A stretch of 64,000 nt of DNA from an uncultured delta proteobacterium (GTDB taxonomy: Bacteria; Myxococcota_A; Polyangia; Fen-1088). The notes under the pieces are model-generated. The model did not search any database. It was not told the origin of the DNA and was given only the letters and a program-made list of their open reading frames with translations. This document shows positions 29,896 through 39,429 of this stretch, in pieces. The position numbers were made by a program, and so were the translations under genes. The DNA is taken from NCBI GenBank assembly GCA_963737265.1, contig CAVTRY010000011.1, positions 1,248,001-1,312,000 on the forward strand. The letters run 5' to 3'. Each line of letters opens with the position of its first letter. The stretch's first letter is position 1.

Positions 29896-31818
29896 ATGTT
29901 ATTCGCCAATAGAATCCTACGAAATGTTGTCCTGCTCCCAGCCGGAGCAATTGTCGCGTTGGTTGTTCTTTCAAATTGTGGTCGCGAACGCAACCAGCCC
30001 GACGTCGGCGGAGCGGACATCACCATGCGCTCGCTCGGTGCGCTCAACCTCGGCAATGTGACCGCCACGGTCAGCGGCCCGGCCTTGGCCTCGCCCGAGA
30101 ACTTTCCACTCTTCGCGCGAGACGGCGGCACCTGGGGTGGCACGATTGGCTCGTTGCCGGTGGGCGGCAATTACGTCCTCACGGTCAGTGCGACCGACCA
30201 GTCAAATGCGATCGCCTATGCAGGCACAGCCTCTGGTATCGTTATTGTCAAGGACCAGACAAAAACAGTGGTCATTACTGCCCAGCAAATCACGGCAGTC
30301 GCTTCCTTCGAAAATGCGGTCCCTGTTATCGACTCGGTGGTTCTTTCGTCCACCAGCGTCGTTCCCGGTACAACGATCACGGCCAAGGCAACAGCGCACG
30401 ACCCGAATCCCGGTGACAGCATCGCCTTCGCATGGTCGGTGATTCCCGCGGTCGATGGGTTCTCGGCGCCATCAGCTGCGGCGACCACGTGGACGGCTCC
30501 TGCCAGCGAGGGAGACCAGACGCTCATCGTGACCGTGACCGACAACCACGGTGCGTCGACTTCTGCGTCTACCGTCATCAATATTTCGGCCAGCAACGGC
30601 CGCGGGCAAGCCGACGTGAATGTGCGCTTCAACACGTGGCCGGTGGTCGCAAACGTCGCCGCGGCGCCGGGTTACCTCGTGCCAGGCTCGCCGACAACGG
30701 TGTCGGTCACGGCGAGCGACGGCGACGGCGATACTCTCTTTTACGGTTGGACCAGCTCGTGCGCGAGCGGAAGTCTCACGAGCGCCACGTCGCAATCGGT
30801 CAGCTTCACAGTTCCAACTGGCGCGACCGACGCAAGCTGCGACATCATCGTGGCGATAAACGATGGCCGCGGCGGCTCAACCACCGGTCAATTGACCTTG
30901 CCCGTCGGCAAGCCACCGATCATCACGCCTCCGATCATCACCGCCAAGGTTCAGTCCGATCCACTGGTCGACGCCAACGGCAGCGTGAACTTCGCCGTGT
31001 GGGCGACCGACCCCGAAAACACCGCTCTGACCTTCCTTTGGGTGGCGACCGATGGCGTCTTTTCCTATCAGGTTGACGGCGTTGGCTCTTCGCAGGTCAT
31101 CTGGACCGCGCCGGCCACGCCGAACGCTGCATTCACGGTTTCGGTGATGGTCAGCGATGCCGTCGGTGCCAGGGTTCAATCCGACTTCACGGTTTCGACC
31201 ACCGCCGGGAGTGGCCCGGATGGCGGCAGCGCCTGCGAGTGCAGCGGCATGGGCCCAGGCAATGTTCCGGTTACCGTCGCCTGCGGCCAATCGACCTGCG
31301 GCTCCGACAACCTGACCTACGCATGCGGCGCCTCCGGCTGGTCGGCGCCGGGCCAGCCCTGCGATGTCCCAGACGCGGGCGCCTGCGAGTGCAGCGGCAT
31401 GGGCCCAGGCAATGTTCCGGTTACCGTCGCCTGCGGCCAATCGACCTGCGGCTCCGACAACCTGACCTACGCATGCGGCGCCTCCGGCTGGTCGGCGCCG
31501 GGCCAGCCCTGCGATGTCCCAGACGCGGGCGCCTGCGAGTGCAGCGGCATGGGCCCAGGCAATGTTCCGGTCACCGTCGCCTGCGGCCAATCGACCTGCG
31601 GCTCCGACAACCTGACCTACGCATGCGGCGCCTCCGGCTGGTCGGCGCCGGGCCAGCCCTGCAATGTCCCAGACGCGGGCGCATGCGAGTGCAGCGGCAT
31701 GGGCCCCGGCAATGTTCCGGTTACCGTCGCCTGCGGCCAATCGACCTGCGGCTCCGACAACCTGACCTACGCATGCGGCGCCTCCGGTTGGTCATCAGCC
31801 GGCGCGCCCTGCCGCTAA
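29896..31818 (+). CDS. Surface lipoprotein with Ig/PKD-like domains and C-terminal Cys-rich tandem repeats
   Basis: lipobox-like VLSNC; repeated A.DP....L.F.W...G.FS.......WTAP Ig-like modules; four 50-aa Cys-rich repeats. Confidence 0.8.
   Translation: MLFANRILRNVVLLPAGAIVALVVLSNCGRERNQPDVGGADITMRSLGALNLGNVTATVSGPALASPENFPLFARDGGTWGGTIGSLPVGGNYVLTVSATDQSNAIAYAGTASGIVIVKDQTKTVVITAQQITAVASFENAVPVIDSVVLSSTSVVPGTTITAKATAHDPNPGDSIAFAWSVIPAVDGFSAPSAAATTWTAPASEGDQTLIVTVTDNHGASTSASTVINISASNGRGQADVNVRFNTWPVVANVAAAPGYLVPGSPTTVSVTASDGDGDTLFYGWTSSCASGSLTSATSQSVSFTVPTGATDASCDIIVAINDGRGGSTTGQLTLPVGKPPIITPPIITAKVQSDPLVDANGSVNFAVWATDPENTALTFLWVATDGVFSYQVDGVGSSQVIWTAPATPNAAFTVSVMVSDAVGARVQSDFTVSTTAGSGPDGGSACECSGMGPGNVPVTVACGQSTCGSDNLTYACGASGWSAPGQPCDVPDAGACECSGMGPGNVPVTVACGQSTCGSDNLTYACGASGWSAPGQPCDVPDAGACECSGMGPGNVPVTVACGQSTCGSDNLTYACGASGWSAPGQPCNVPDAGACECSGMGPGNVPVTVACGQSTCGSDNLTYACGASGWSSAGAPCR
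31231..31815 (+). repeat. Four near-identical 150-bp tandem repeats (ACECSGMGPGNVPVTVACGQSTCGSDNLTYACGASGWSAPGQPCDVPDAG)
   Basis: units begin at 31231, 31381, 31531 and 31681; only a few substitutions; last unit truncated. Confidence 0.97.
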
Positions 31819-32117
31819 CCTAAGAACCAGCCGGGCGCGGCGCGCGAACGTGACAGACCTGCGGCCATGCGTTTCGCTCGTTCGGTCTGCGCCTGTTTGT
31901 GGGACGCCGCCGCCCGCAACGAGTGAGCCAACAGCGGGTGCCAGTTCTTGATCGGGTCGATCAGCCAGTTCGACTCCTGCCGCTCGGCACTCGGTTCGAC
32001 GACCGGAGAGCTGCAATACCAGACCGCCATGCCCACCTGGACCTCTGTCGCCCTGGGGCTTCTCTTCACAGCGGCGACCCTGGCGGATCGCCAGGCGTGG
32101 TTCTGACGACCACACAT
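31815..32117 (-). CDS. Possible small hypothetical protein or gene remnant
   Basis: GC3-rich codons over EVQVGMAVWYCSSP...NWLIDPIKNWHPLL; no recognisable family. Confidence 0.3.
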   Translation of the reverse strand: MCGRQNHAWRSARVAAVKRSPRATEVQVGMAVWYCSSPVVEPSAERQESNWLIDPIKNWHPLLAHSLRAAASHKQAQTERAKRMAAGLSRSRAAPGWFLG

Positions 32118-32200
32118 GTACGTCCAGCGTCCCGCCCGGCCCGCGAGGTTTTCCCATTCGTAACAGATCCTTCACGTGACAGCTCGTATGATTAGTCGCT

Positions 32201-34049
32201 TTGGAAGGTTTGGACAGCACCCCAGAAGAAAACCTGGAAAGGGCCCTGGTCGATGGGCGATGCGACTGGCGGGAGGAGGCTGTGCGCAACATTATCGACA
32301 AAGAGCAGATCACGCCGCATTTTCAGCCCATCGTCGATCTGCACCACGGCAAGGTGATGGCCTGGGAAGTCTTGTCGCGCGGGCCGGCAGCTTTTTCCTC
32401 GCCGTCCGAGATTTTTGCCAAGGCGGAATCTCTCGGTCTGCTCTCGGAGGTCGAAAGCGTCTGCCGCAACGTCGCTTTGCGCACCATCGCGCGCTTCCCG
32501 TTGCCGTTGCGGTCGCGCTCGTTCTTCATCAATGTCAGCCCGAACGTGATTGGCGATCCGCGCCTACTCAATGGGCACATGCAGGCAGAGCTGGCGAACC
32601 TTGGGCTCGATCAGCGTAACTTCGTCATCGAAATCACCGAGCGCGAGTCCATCGTGGACTACACCGCTTTTGAGCGCCAGATCCGCTACTACGTCGAGCA
32701 GGGATTCAAGATCGCGCTCGAACGACCTGGGCGCTGGCCACTCGGGCTTGGTCACGTTGGTCACGTGCTCGCCGCACTTCATGAAGCTCGACATGACCCT
32801 CGCGCGCGACATTCATCGGCACGCCTACAAGCAGCACCTGGTGAAATCGCTGATTGCGTTTTCGGCCAGCGTGAACGCCTCGCTCATTGCCGAGGGGGTC
32901 GAAACCTGGGCGGAGCTCGAGACATTGGCGCGTTTGGGCGTGCGCTACGCACAGGGCTTCCTTTTCGCACGGCCGGCCAAGGCTCCGTCGGAGGTCTCCG
33001 ACGAGATGCGCCTCGAACTGCGACGGATCACGCGTCAGTTCCACTACCGCGAATCCGACCTCAACGAGACCGTCGGTCCGCTCGCGATCCGTTGCGGGGC
33101 CATCCGCGAAAAGGAAAAGCGCGGCGAGGACGTCAATCGCATCTTCGGGCAGAACCCGTCGATCGATCATCTGACCGTCCTGCGCGGAGAACGCCCCATC
33201 GGCCTCATAACACGCCAGGACTACTTCACCAAGACTGGCGGCCCGGTTGGCTATCACCTGTTTCAATGGAGGCCAGCCGAGGAGCTGGCACGGTCGGCAC
33301 CACTCATCGTCGAGAATTCGATCAACGTGACGGCGCTCGCGAAGCTGGCCATGCAGCGGCCACCGGACGAGTTGTACGATCCGGTGATCGTTGTCGACGC
33401 CGACGGCAAACTGGTCGGAACCGTGACCATTCGCCAGCTGATCGTGCGCTCGACCGCGCTCGAGGTTCAATCGGCGCAGGGATCGAGCCCGCTCACCGGA
33501 TTGCCCGGCAACCGCAGCATTGAAAGCTGGATCCTGAACGCGCTCGATCAACCGGATTCCCATGTGCTCTATGCCGATCTCGATCGCTTCAAAGAGTACA
33601 ACGATTGTTATGGCTTCCTGCGCGGCGACGAGATGCTGCGATGTCTCGCGCGCGTGCTGTCGCGCGTGCTGTCGACCCTCTCAGCCGAGGCCAAGCTGGG
33701 ACACATCGGAGGTGACGATTTCGTCATCGTGTCGCCCACGCCAGTTGCCGCCGAGAGCGTCGGGACGCTGTGCCGGCAATTCGATCTCGCCAAGATCGAG
33801 ATGTTCGACCCGGCGGACGCAGAACGCGGCTTCTTTCGCGCCACGGACCGCCGCGGCCAAGAAGTCGAGGTTCCGCTGGTTACCTTGAGCGTAGCGGTGG
33901 TTCCGCGCGAGGCCGCGCAGACCGCCGATCACCCGGGCGCCCTGGCGCAGATGGCCGCGTCGCTCAAACGCAAGGTCAAGCAGATGACCGCGGCCAGTCG
34001 AAAGAGCGAGTTTCTGTTCGAGCGCCGCGGAGTGCGGCCCGTGAGTTGA
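32201..34049 (+). CDS. EAL-CBS-GGDEF protein, frameshifted near 32721 (probable +A error)
   Basis: FQPIV..WEVLSRG, IEITER, then DDLGAGHS after deleting one A, IAEGVE, YAQGF, CBS pair, PLTGLPGN, DLDRFK, GHIGGDDF. Confidence 0.85.
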
Positions 34050-34651
34050 TAGCGGACGCCACCGTGCGAAACAGGACGCAGAAAGCCCGCGCCGAGATCC
34101 GCCACGAAGGACTGCTGTCGCCGCTCTTCGGCTGGCGCTATCCGCTGGTCGTGGCGGCGATTGCGACGCCGCTGTTTGCGATCTATTGCTATCCCTATAC
34201 CGACGGCGGTGCGATGGCCGCGGGCATTCGCGCCTATCTTTCGGGTTACGCCAAGCTGGTAGGCATCGCGATCTCCGTCTTCGACCCGCACGCCGTGGTC
34301 CGTGGCAGCCGCATTGACGGCAATACGTTCTCGATGAACATTGTCAAGACCTGCGACGCCATGGAGGTCAATATCCTGCTTGCGGCGTCGCTTGCCGCCT
34401 TCCCGATGCCAGCGCTGCGGCGAGTCCTCACGGTCCTCACGTCCGTTCTATCACTCGTCCTTCTCAACATTGTTCGCCTGTGCGTGCTCTACTGGCTGGG
34501 GGCGCACGCGCCGGCTTGGTTCGATCGCGCGCACGAGATTCTCGCGCCTTTGTTCATGGTCGTCTGCGCTCTGGCAATCTTTGTCGCCGCCACCCTGCGT
34601 GCGAACCCACGACCTCGACAATATCCTGCCCAGACGAGCGCAATGCTATGA
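34046..34651 (+). CDS. Exosortase/archaeosortase family protein (exosortase H-like)
   Basis: multi-TM protein with Cys (IVKTCDA), Arg (LNIVRL) and His (FDRAHE) in the exosortase triad order; start TTG 34046 or GTG 34064. Confidence 0.8.
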   Translation: MIADATVRNRTQKARAEIRHEGLLSPLFGWRYPLVVAAIATPLFAIYCYPYTDGGAMAAGIRAYLSGYAKLVGIAISVFDPHAVVRGSRIDGNTFSMNIVKTCDAMEVNILLAASLAAFPMPALRRVLTVLTSVLSLVLLNIVRLCVLYWLGAHAPAWFDRAHEILAPLFMVVCALAIFVAATLRANPRPRQYPAQTSAML

Positions 34652-35331
34652 CGGCGGGCCGACGGCGCAGGCCGCTTTGTTTCGCCGTCCTACTGATTCC
34701 GCTGCTGATCATTTTTGCCTGGCCGTTTGACCTGGTCGGGCGTGGCTATCGTTCTTTGGTCTGCAACGCGATCAACGGCTCGATCATGAATTCCACGCTG
34801 ACCGCCAAAGTAGCCCGGCTGTTGCCCGACCCGCGGCCCGGCCCCGACTGGCGCGCCATCGTCGCGGTGTGGAATCAAACCACTCGTTCGATCGAGGAAC
34901 GCTTCCCGCTCGACCTTCACCAGCTCTTCTACTTGCCAGCGGCTGTGTTTTCCGCGTTGACCCTGGCCGGCAAGTGGACATGGGGCGGCAAGCGGGTTGT
35001 GTGGAAGCTGCTAATTGGCGTCGCTCTATTTCAATTGCGGCCAATTCCAATATTCGTTGCCCGGGAGCGCGCGGTTGTCGGCGTCTTTCAATACGACGGA
35101 GCCTTCGACGTTTTCCTCGTGCTCTTCAATCGAAGCCTGGTCGCCCCGCTCGGTATGGCCTACGCGCTGCCTGTTCTTTTGTGGTTCGGCCTGTTTCGGC
35201 GATCAATTGCGTCGGCCGCAAGGACCTCGACCCTGCCGTCTCACGCGAAACGCGCCAACCAGAGCGAGAGCGCCGGTCAGCACCCAGATCGCGAATTGCG
35301 GGACCGGCACGGCCACGGGCAGCGGTCCTGA
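34648..35331 (+). CDS. Exosortase-associated membrane protein
   Basis: ATGA overlap with the exosortase stop; several TM helices, YLPAAVFSALTLA, PVLLW. Confidence 0.65.
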   Translation: MTAGRRRRPLCFAVLLIPLLIIFAWPFDLVGRGYRSLVCNAINGSIMNSTLTAKVARLLPDPRPGPDWRAIVAVWNQTTRSIEERFPLDLHQLFYLPAAVFSALTLAGKWTWGGKRVVWKLLIGVALFQLRPIPIFVARERAVVGVFQYDGAFDVFLVLFNRSLVAPLGMAYALPVLLWFGLFRRSIASAARTSTLPSHAKRANQSESAGQHPDRELRDRHGHGQRS

Positions 35332-36636
35332 TGTCGAAACCGAAAAGTCGAACTGTTTGCTTGCGCCCAGGGCATCGGTCACGATGGCCGACACGGTGAA
35401 CGCGCCGTTCGCCCCTGCGGGCGCAGTCCACACCACGCGCGAGGTGCCTGTGGCGTCAACCTGATTTGACAACGTGCCGGCTGGCGAGAGCCATTGAAAG
35501 GTGAGCGGACTGCCCTGCGGATCACTTGCCTCGACGGAAAAGCTCACGCTGCCGCTTGCATCGACCACGCTCGTTGATTGCGCGCTGAGGGTGACGGCAG
35601 GCGCTTCGATGGGAACGGTGTTGCCAACTGGCAGGGTCGTCTGACCGGTGGTCGAACCGCCGCGGCCGTCGCTGACGGCCACGACGAAATCGCAACCAGT
35701 GTCGGTCGCGCCGGCTGCCAGTGTGAAGGTGGTGGCCGCCGTCGTTGTGCTCGAAAAGGCGCCGCGCGAGCACGTGCTCGTCCACGCGAACGAAAGGGCA
35801 TCGTCGTCGGCATCGGTGGCATCGACCACAAGGGCTGTCGGCAGACCGGGTACGAGGTTGCCTGGGTTTGCGCCAAGATTGGTGACGATGGGCCAGTCAT
35901 TGAACGAGACCTCGACGTCGGCCTGTCCGACATCGCCATTCGCCGAGACGTGCACCACCAGCGATGCCGACGTCGCCGCTCCGTGATCGTCGGTCACGGT
36001 AAGGACCAGGGTCTGGTCTCCCTCGGTGGATGGCGCGGTCCACTGGGTCGTGGCGTTTGAAGGCGCCGAAAAGCCATCCGACGCCGGACTCGCCGACCAG
36101 GCGAATACGATGGTGTCATCCGCGTTCGGGTCGTGGGCCGTGGCCTCAGCGATGATGGAAGCTCCGGGTGCGATGGTCGTGGACGACAGCACCAGGGAAT
36201 CGATGACGGGAGCCAGATTGTCGACCGAGAGATCAACCTGGGCTTGTCCGGCCGTGATGATGACCGCTGCCACCTGAGCCGACGCGACCGTGATTCCCGA
36301 GGCGAAGCCCGCGTCGTCGAGAGCGTCGAGGGCCCTGCCCTGTATGCCGACCTTGAAAAGGTAGTCTCTTCCGACGGGCAACGAGGCGATAACCGCGCCC
36401 CACGTTCGGTTATCTCCGCGATCGGAAAGTCGAAACGTTCTCGATGCCGACAGGGCGGGACCGCTGACCGTGGCGACGACGACGCCGCGATCGACCGCGC
36501 CGCGTGGTCGGACCGACAAGTTTACGCTGCCGGTTTGATGTTTCTTGCCACTGCAAGCCGCTACGGCCGGCAGCGCGGCCAGGACTCCGATCGCAAGTGC
36601 GGCGGGAATCCGCACTTTTCCATTGGAAGGGAACAT
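35203..36636 (-). CDS. Ig/PKD-like surface lipoprotein with C-terminal sorting signal; paralog of 29896..31818
   Basis: lipobox AVAAC; long collinear similarity to 29896..31818 (ATVSGPAL, PVIDS.VLSST, DGRGGSTTGQ.TLPVG); ends PVAVPVPQFAIWVLTGALALVGAFRVRRQGR. Confidence 0.85.
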   Translation of the reverse strand: MFPSNGKVRIPAALAIGVLAALPAVAACSGKKHQTGSVNLSVRPRGAVDRGVVVATVSGPALSASRTFRLSDRGDNRTWGAVIASLPVGRDYLFKVGIQGRALDALDDAGFASGITVASAQVAAVIITAGQAQVDLSVDNLAPVIDSLVLSSTTIAPGASIIAEATAHDPNADDTIVFAWSASPASDGFSAPSNATTQWTAPSTEGDQTLVLTVTDDHGAATSASLVVHVSANGDVGQADVEVSFNDWPIVTNLGANPGNLVPGLPTALVVDATDADDDALSFAWTSTCSRGAFSSTTTAATTFTLAAGATDTGCDFVVAVSDGRGGSTTGQTTLPVGNTVPIEAPAVTLSAQSTSVVDASGSVSFSVEASDPQGSPLTFQWLSPAGTLSNQVDATGTSRVVWTAPAGANGAFTVSAIVTDALGASKQFDFSVSTSGPLPVAVPVPQFAIWVLTGALALVGAFRVRRQGRGPCGRRN

Positions 36637-36668
36637 AGCGAGCCTCCGTGGGTCCGAGACGTTGCGGA

Positions 36669-36717
36669 GGTAACCTATGCCTCACCCGAAAGAGATTGTG
36701 TCACGCCTGTGCAACGT
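36669..36717 (-). promoter_or_regulatory. Conserved upstream motif, copy 2
   Basis: minus strand reads ACGTTGCACAGGCGTGAC...TGAGGCATAGGTTACC, matching 29826-29874. Confidence 0.55.
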
Positions 36718-36917
36718 TCCGGCATACCTTCAGTCATCACGACAGCTACTGCCGAGTGAGAAGGAGTACCGAATAGGCGATGCCGTCATCGGTGTGAACG
36801 CCGGTCGCGAGCGAGGCATGGGCACGCCGACACCTGTATGCCGCACTGTCCTTCTCTCGTATGCTGCGTTGTCTGCGATCGATCAAACGAACCGGTTTCG
36901 GGGAGAAATAGACAGCA

Positions 36918-36942
36918 GTCACACAATTGTTCTTTTTGTGAC
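36918..36942. promoter_or_regulatory. Palindromic site GTCACA-N13-TGTGAC in an AT-rich divergent promoter region
   Basis: inverted hexamers with an AT-rich spacer between divergent genes. Confidence 0.35.
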
Positions 36943-37149
36943 ACGATTGTTGTTTTTTCCGGTCTAGCAGCGCCTGCCTATCCTCGAATACTATGTCGCA
37001 GTCTACCCGCGATCACTTGCGCCGATACTATTGGAAGACACCATTAACCGTCAGAACGGTCGGCCGCCGACCGTGGCCGACGTCCGAGAGAACGACCGCC
37101 TCTTTCCGCACAGCCAAACAAACGGACCGCGGAGATTTGGAATCAAGTC

Positions 37150-39429
37150 ATGGACCAGGCTCAACAGCGCTTCAATGTCAGCGAGGGCGGCGCCCCGCCA
37201 GACGGCGAAGTCGCGCCCGGACCGTCGAGCATGCTGGGAACGACCGATCCAGCTTCGTCCACCCCTGCGCCGCGGTCGGTCAGTCGTGAGCGTCTGATCA
37301 ACAAGCTCAACTACCTCAACTTCCAGAACAGGACCGTCCTGCTCGCCTTCGAGCATGTACGGTACGGACACACGCTGCGGGTGGCGGCCATGCCGCAACC
37401 GTGCCGGGAGAACCGCCTGCGCTGCACCTGGGTCGACTCGCGCGCCGGCCGTGCAATCTGCAGGTACTACGTCTTCTCCGCCCTGTTGATCCCGGACGAG
37501 CAGAAGCTGCTACAGGGCACAGGTCAGGTGATATCGGTGGACGAAGAAGGGATCGTCATCGAGCTTCCCGAGGAATGCACAGAGGTCCTGTCCCGCAGGG
37601 TCGTGCGGAACCCCTCCAGAGACATTCAGGTTCAGCTCCTCAAAAGCGGCTCCAGTTTCGAGGGCACGCTGGTAGATTTCAGCCCGCTCTCGTTCCGCGC
37701 ACGCGTTCGCACCTCGCCGCCACAGACCTTTGGCTGGCTGAACGCTGGCGCTCCGGTGATGGTCGTTCTCTCGAAGGACAGGGAGATTCTCTACTCGGGC
37801 GACTGCAGGATTGTCAGCAAGACCGGCGGACGGAAATCCCGGGAGTACGTACTCGAACCGACGCAGGGTCGCATCCAGCGCTTCGAGCGCAAACAGTACC
37901 GCAGCGTTCGCCGGCAATTCGTTCCCCAGCCGACCATCGTGTTCGAGCACCCGCTCACCGGCAGGCTGGTATCGCTCAAGGTGCTGGACGTTTCCGGCTC
38001 GGGCCTGGCGGTGGAAGAGAATGCGCGCAACGCCGTTCTCATGCCGGGCCTGATGATCCCCCGGCTCGATCTCTGCCTTGCCAGCAACTTGAAGTTGCCC
38101 TGTCGAGCCCAGGTCGTCTACCGCCAGGTGCTGGATCCCGAGTCCGAAGATCCCCGCATCAAGTGCGGGCTGGCACTGCTCGACATGGATGTCGCAAGCC
38201 ATGTCCAGCTGGTGGGGCTTCTGCACCAGACCGCCGACCGTCGATCCTATGTCTGCAACCAGGTCGACATGGACGAACTGTGGAGTTTTTTTTTCGAGAC
38301 GGGTTTCATCTATCCGCAGAAGTACGGCTTCATCCAGAAGAACCGGGAACAGATCAAGCAGACCTACGAGAAGCTCTATACTCGCAACCCTAGCATCGCT
38401 CGCCACTTCATTTATCAGGACCGGGGCAAGATACTCGGCCACATGGCCATGGTGCGTTTCTACGACAGCACATGGCTGATTCACCACCATGCGGCGCGCA
38501 CCAACTACACCTATAAGGCCGGCCTAACCGTACTCGATCAAATCGGTCGTTTCATCACCGACTCCTGTCGCTTCCCCTTCATGCACATGGAGTACCTGAT
38601 TTGCTTCTACCGGCCAGAGAATCGCTTCCCCCAAAGCATCTTTGGCGGCGCATGCCGCAGCATCGACGATCCCCGAAAATGCTCCGAGGTTGTCTTCGCC
38701 TATTTCCATGTGCAATCCGACCGAAGCGATGTCCAAGGCAGCTTGGGCGACTATTGCCTGAGTCCGGCCGACGATGACGATCTGCGCGAGCTATCCAGCT
38801 TTTGCCAGCACGAAGCGGGTGGGTTGATGATTGGCGCGCTCGACCTCGAACCGGGCGAGATCGAGCATGGTCGCAGGGGCGCAGGCGGGCTTTGCCCACG
38901 GCCTGACGGCCTGCAGCCGGAGCGCGCGAAACCGAGCGCGGCGAGCGGCGTGGAGGGTGGCGGGCAGGGGCCGAGGGATTGGGAACCCTTCCAGGGTTCC
39001 CATATCAGCGATCTAAGCGAGGAATTCGGCAAGCTCGGATTGAAGCGAGAACGCCAGCTCTACGCGCTCAAGCGGAACGACCGCCTGCAAGCCATCGCGA
39101 TGGTCAATCTCGCCGATATCGGGCTCAACCTTTCCGATCTAACCAACTGCATCACCCTGTTCGTGCTGGATCAAGAAGACCTGACAAATGAAATAGTCTA
39201 CAATGCCCTCTCCGTTCTGATGAAGAGCTTAGGTCAGGAACAGCTGCCCGTTCTGATCTATCCCGAAGTAGCTGCCGAAAGCTTGAAGATACCGGTCGAG
39301 AAGCGTTACGTGATGTGGTCTCTCATGCCGCATTTCTCGGATGGTTTTCACCACTACACGAACGCGGTTCTTCGAGCGGTTCGAAGGAACGGGGGCACCC
39401 ATGACAACCGACGGCCGCCGCCTGTATAA
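37150..39429 (+). CDS. Tandem PilZ domain protein with C-terminal GNAT-like region
   Basis: RRVVR...DFSPLS (degenerate) and RSVRR...DVSGSG (canonical RxxxR / DxSxxG); C-terminal FIYQDRGKILGH...WLIHHHAAR...FYRPENRFP. Confidence 0.8.
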   Translation: MDQAQQRFNVSEGGAPPDGEVAPGPSSMLGTTDPASSTPAPRSVSRERLINKLNYLNFQNRTVLLAFEHVRYGHTLRVAAMPQPCRENRLRCTWVDSRAGRAICRYYVFSALLIPDEQKLLQGTGQVISVDEEGIVIELPEECTEVLSRRVVRNPSRDIQVQLLKSGSSFEGTLVDFSPLSFRARVRTSPPQTFGWLNAGAPVMVVLSKDREILYSGDCRIVSKTGGRKSREYVLEPTQGRIQRFERKQYRSVRRQFVPQPTIVFEHPLTGRLVSLKVLDVSGSGLAVEENARNAVLMPGLMIPRLDLCLASNLKLPCRAQVVYRQVLDPESEDPRIKCGLALLDMDVASHVQLVGLLHQTADRRSYVCNQVDMDELWSFFFETGFIYPQKYGFIQKNREQIKQTYEKLYTRNPSIARHFIYQDRGKILGHMAMVRFYDSTWLIHHHAARTNYTYKAGLTVLDQIGRFITDSCRFPFMHMEYLICFYRPENRFPQSIFGGACRSIDDPRKCSEVVFAYFHVQSDRSDVQGSLGDYCLSPADDDDLRELSSFCQHEAGGLMIGALDLEPGEIEHGRRGAGGLCPRPDGLQPERAKPSAASGVEGGGQGPRDWEPFQGSHISDLSEEFGKLGLKRERQLYALKRNDRLQAIAMVNLADIGLNLSDLTNCITLFVLDQEDLTNEIVYNALSVLMKSLGQEQLPVLIYPEVAAESLKIPVEKRYVMWSLMPHFSDGFHHYTNAVLRAVRRNGGTHDNRRPPPV
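38869..39003. repeat. 135-bp in-frame repeat-like insertion within the PilZ gene
   Basis: G-rich segment lacking codon bias, bracketed by CAT (38866 and 39001), ending in hairpin TGGGAACCCT-TCC-AGGGTTCCCA. Confidence 0.6.

Noticed and set aside
31231-31815. Possible CRISPR array
   Set aside because: The repeats are contiguous 150-bp in-frame coding units with no unique spacers and no cas genes
36960-37149. c-di-GMP riboswitch upstream of the PilZ gene
   Set aside because: No GEMM-type GCAAACC...GAAA...GACGCAAAGC core recognisable
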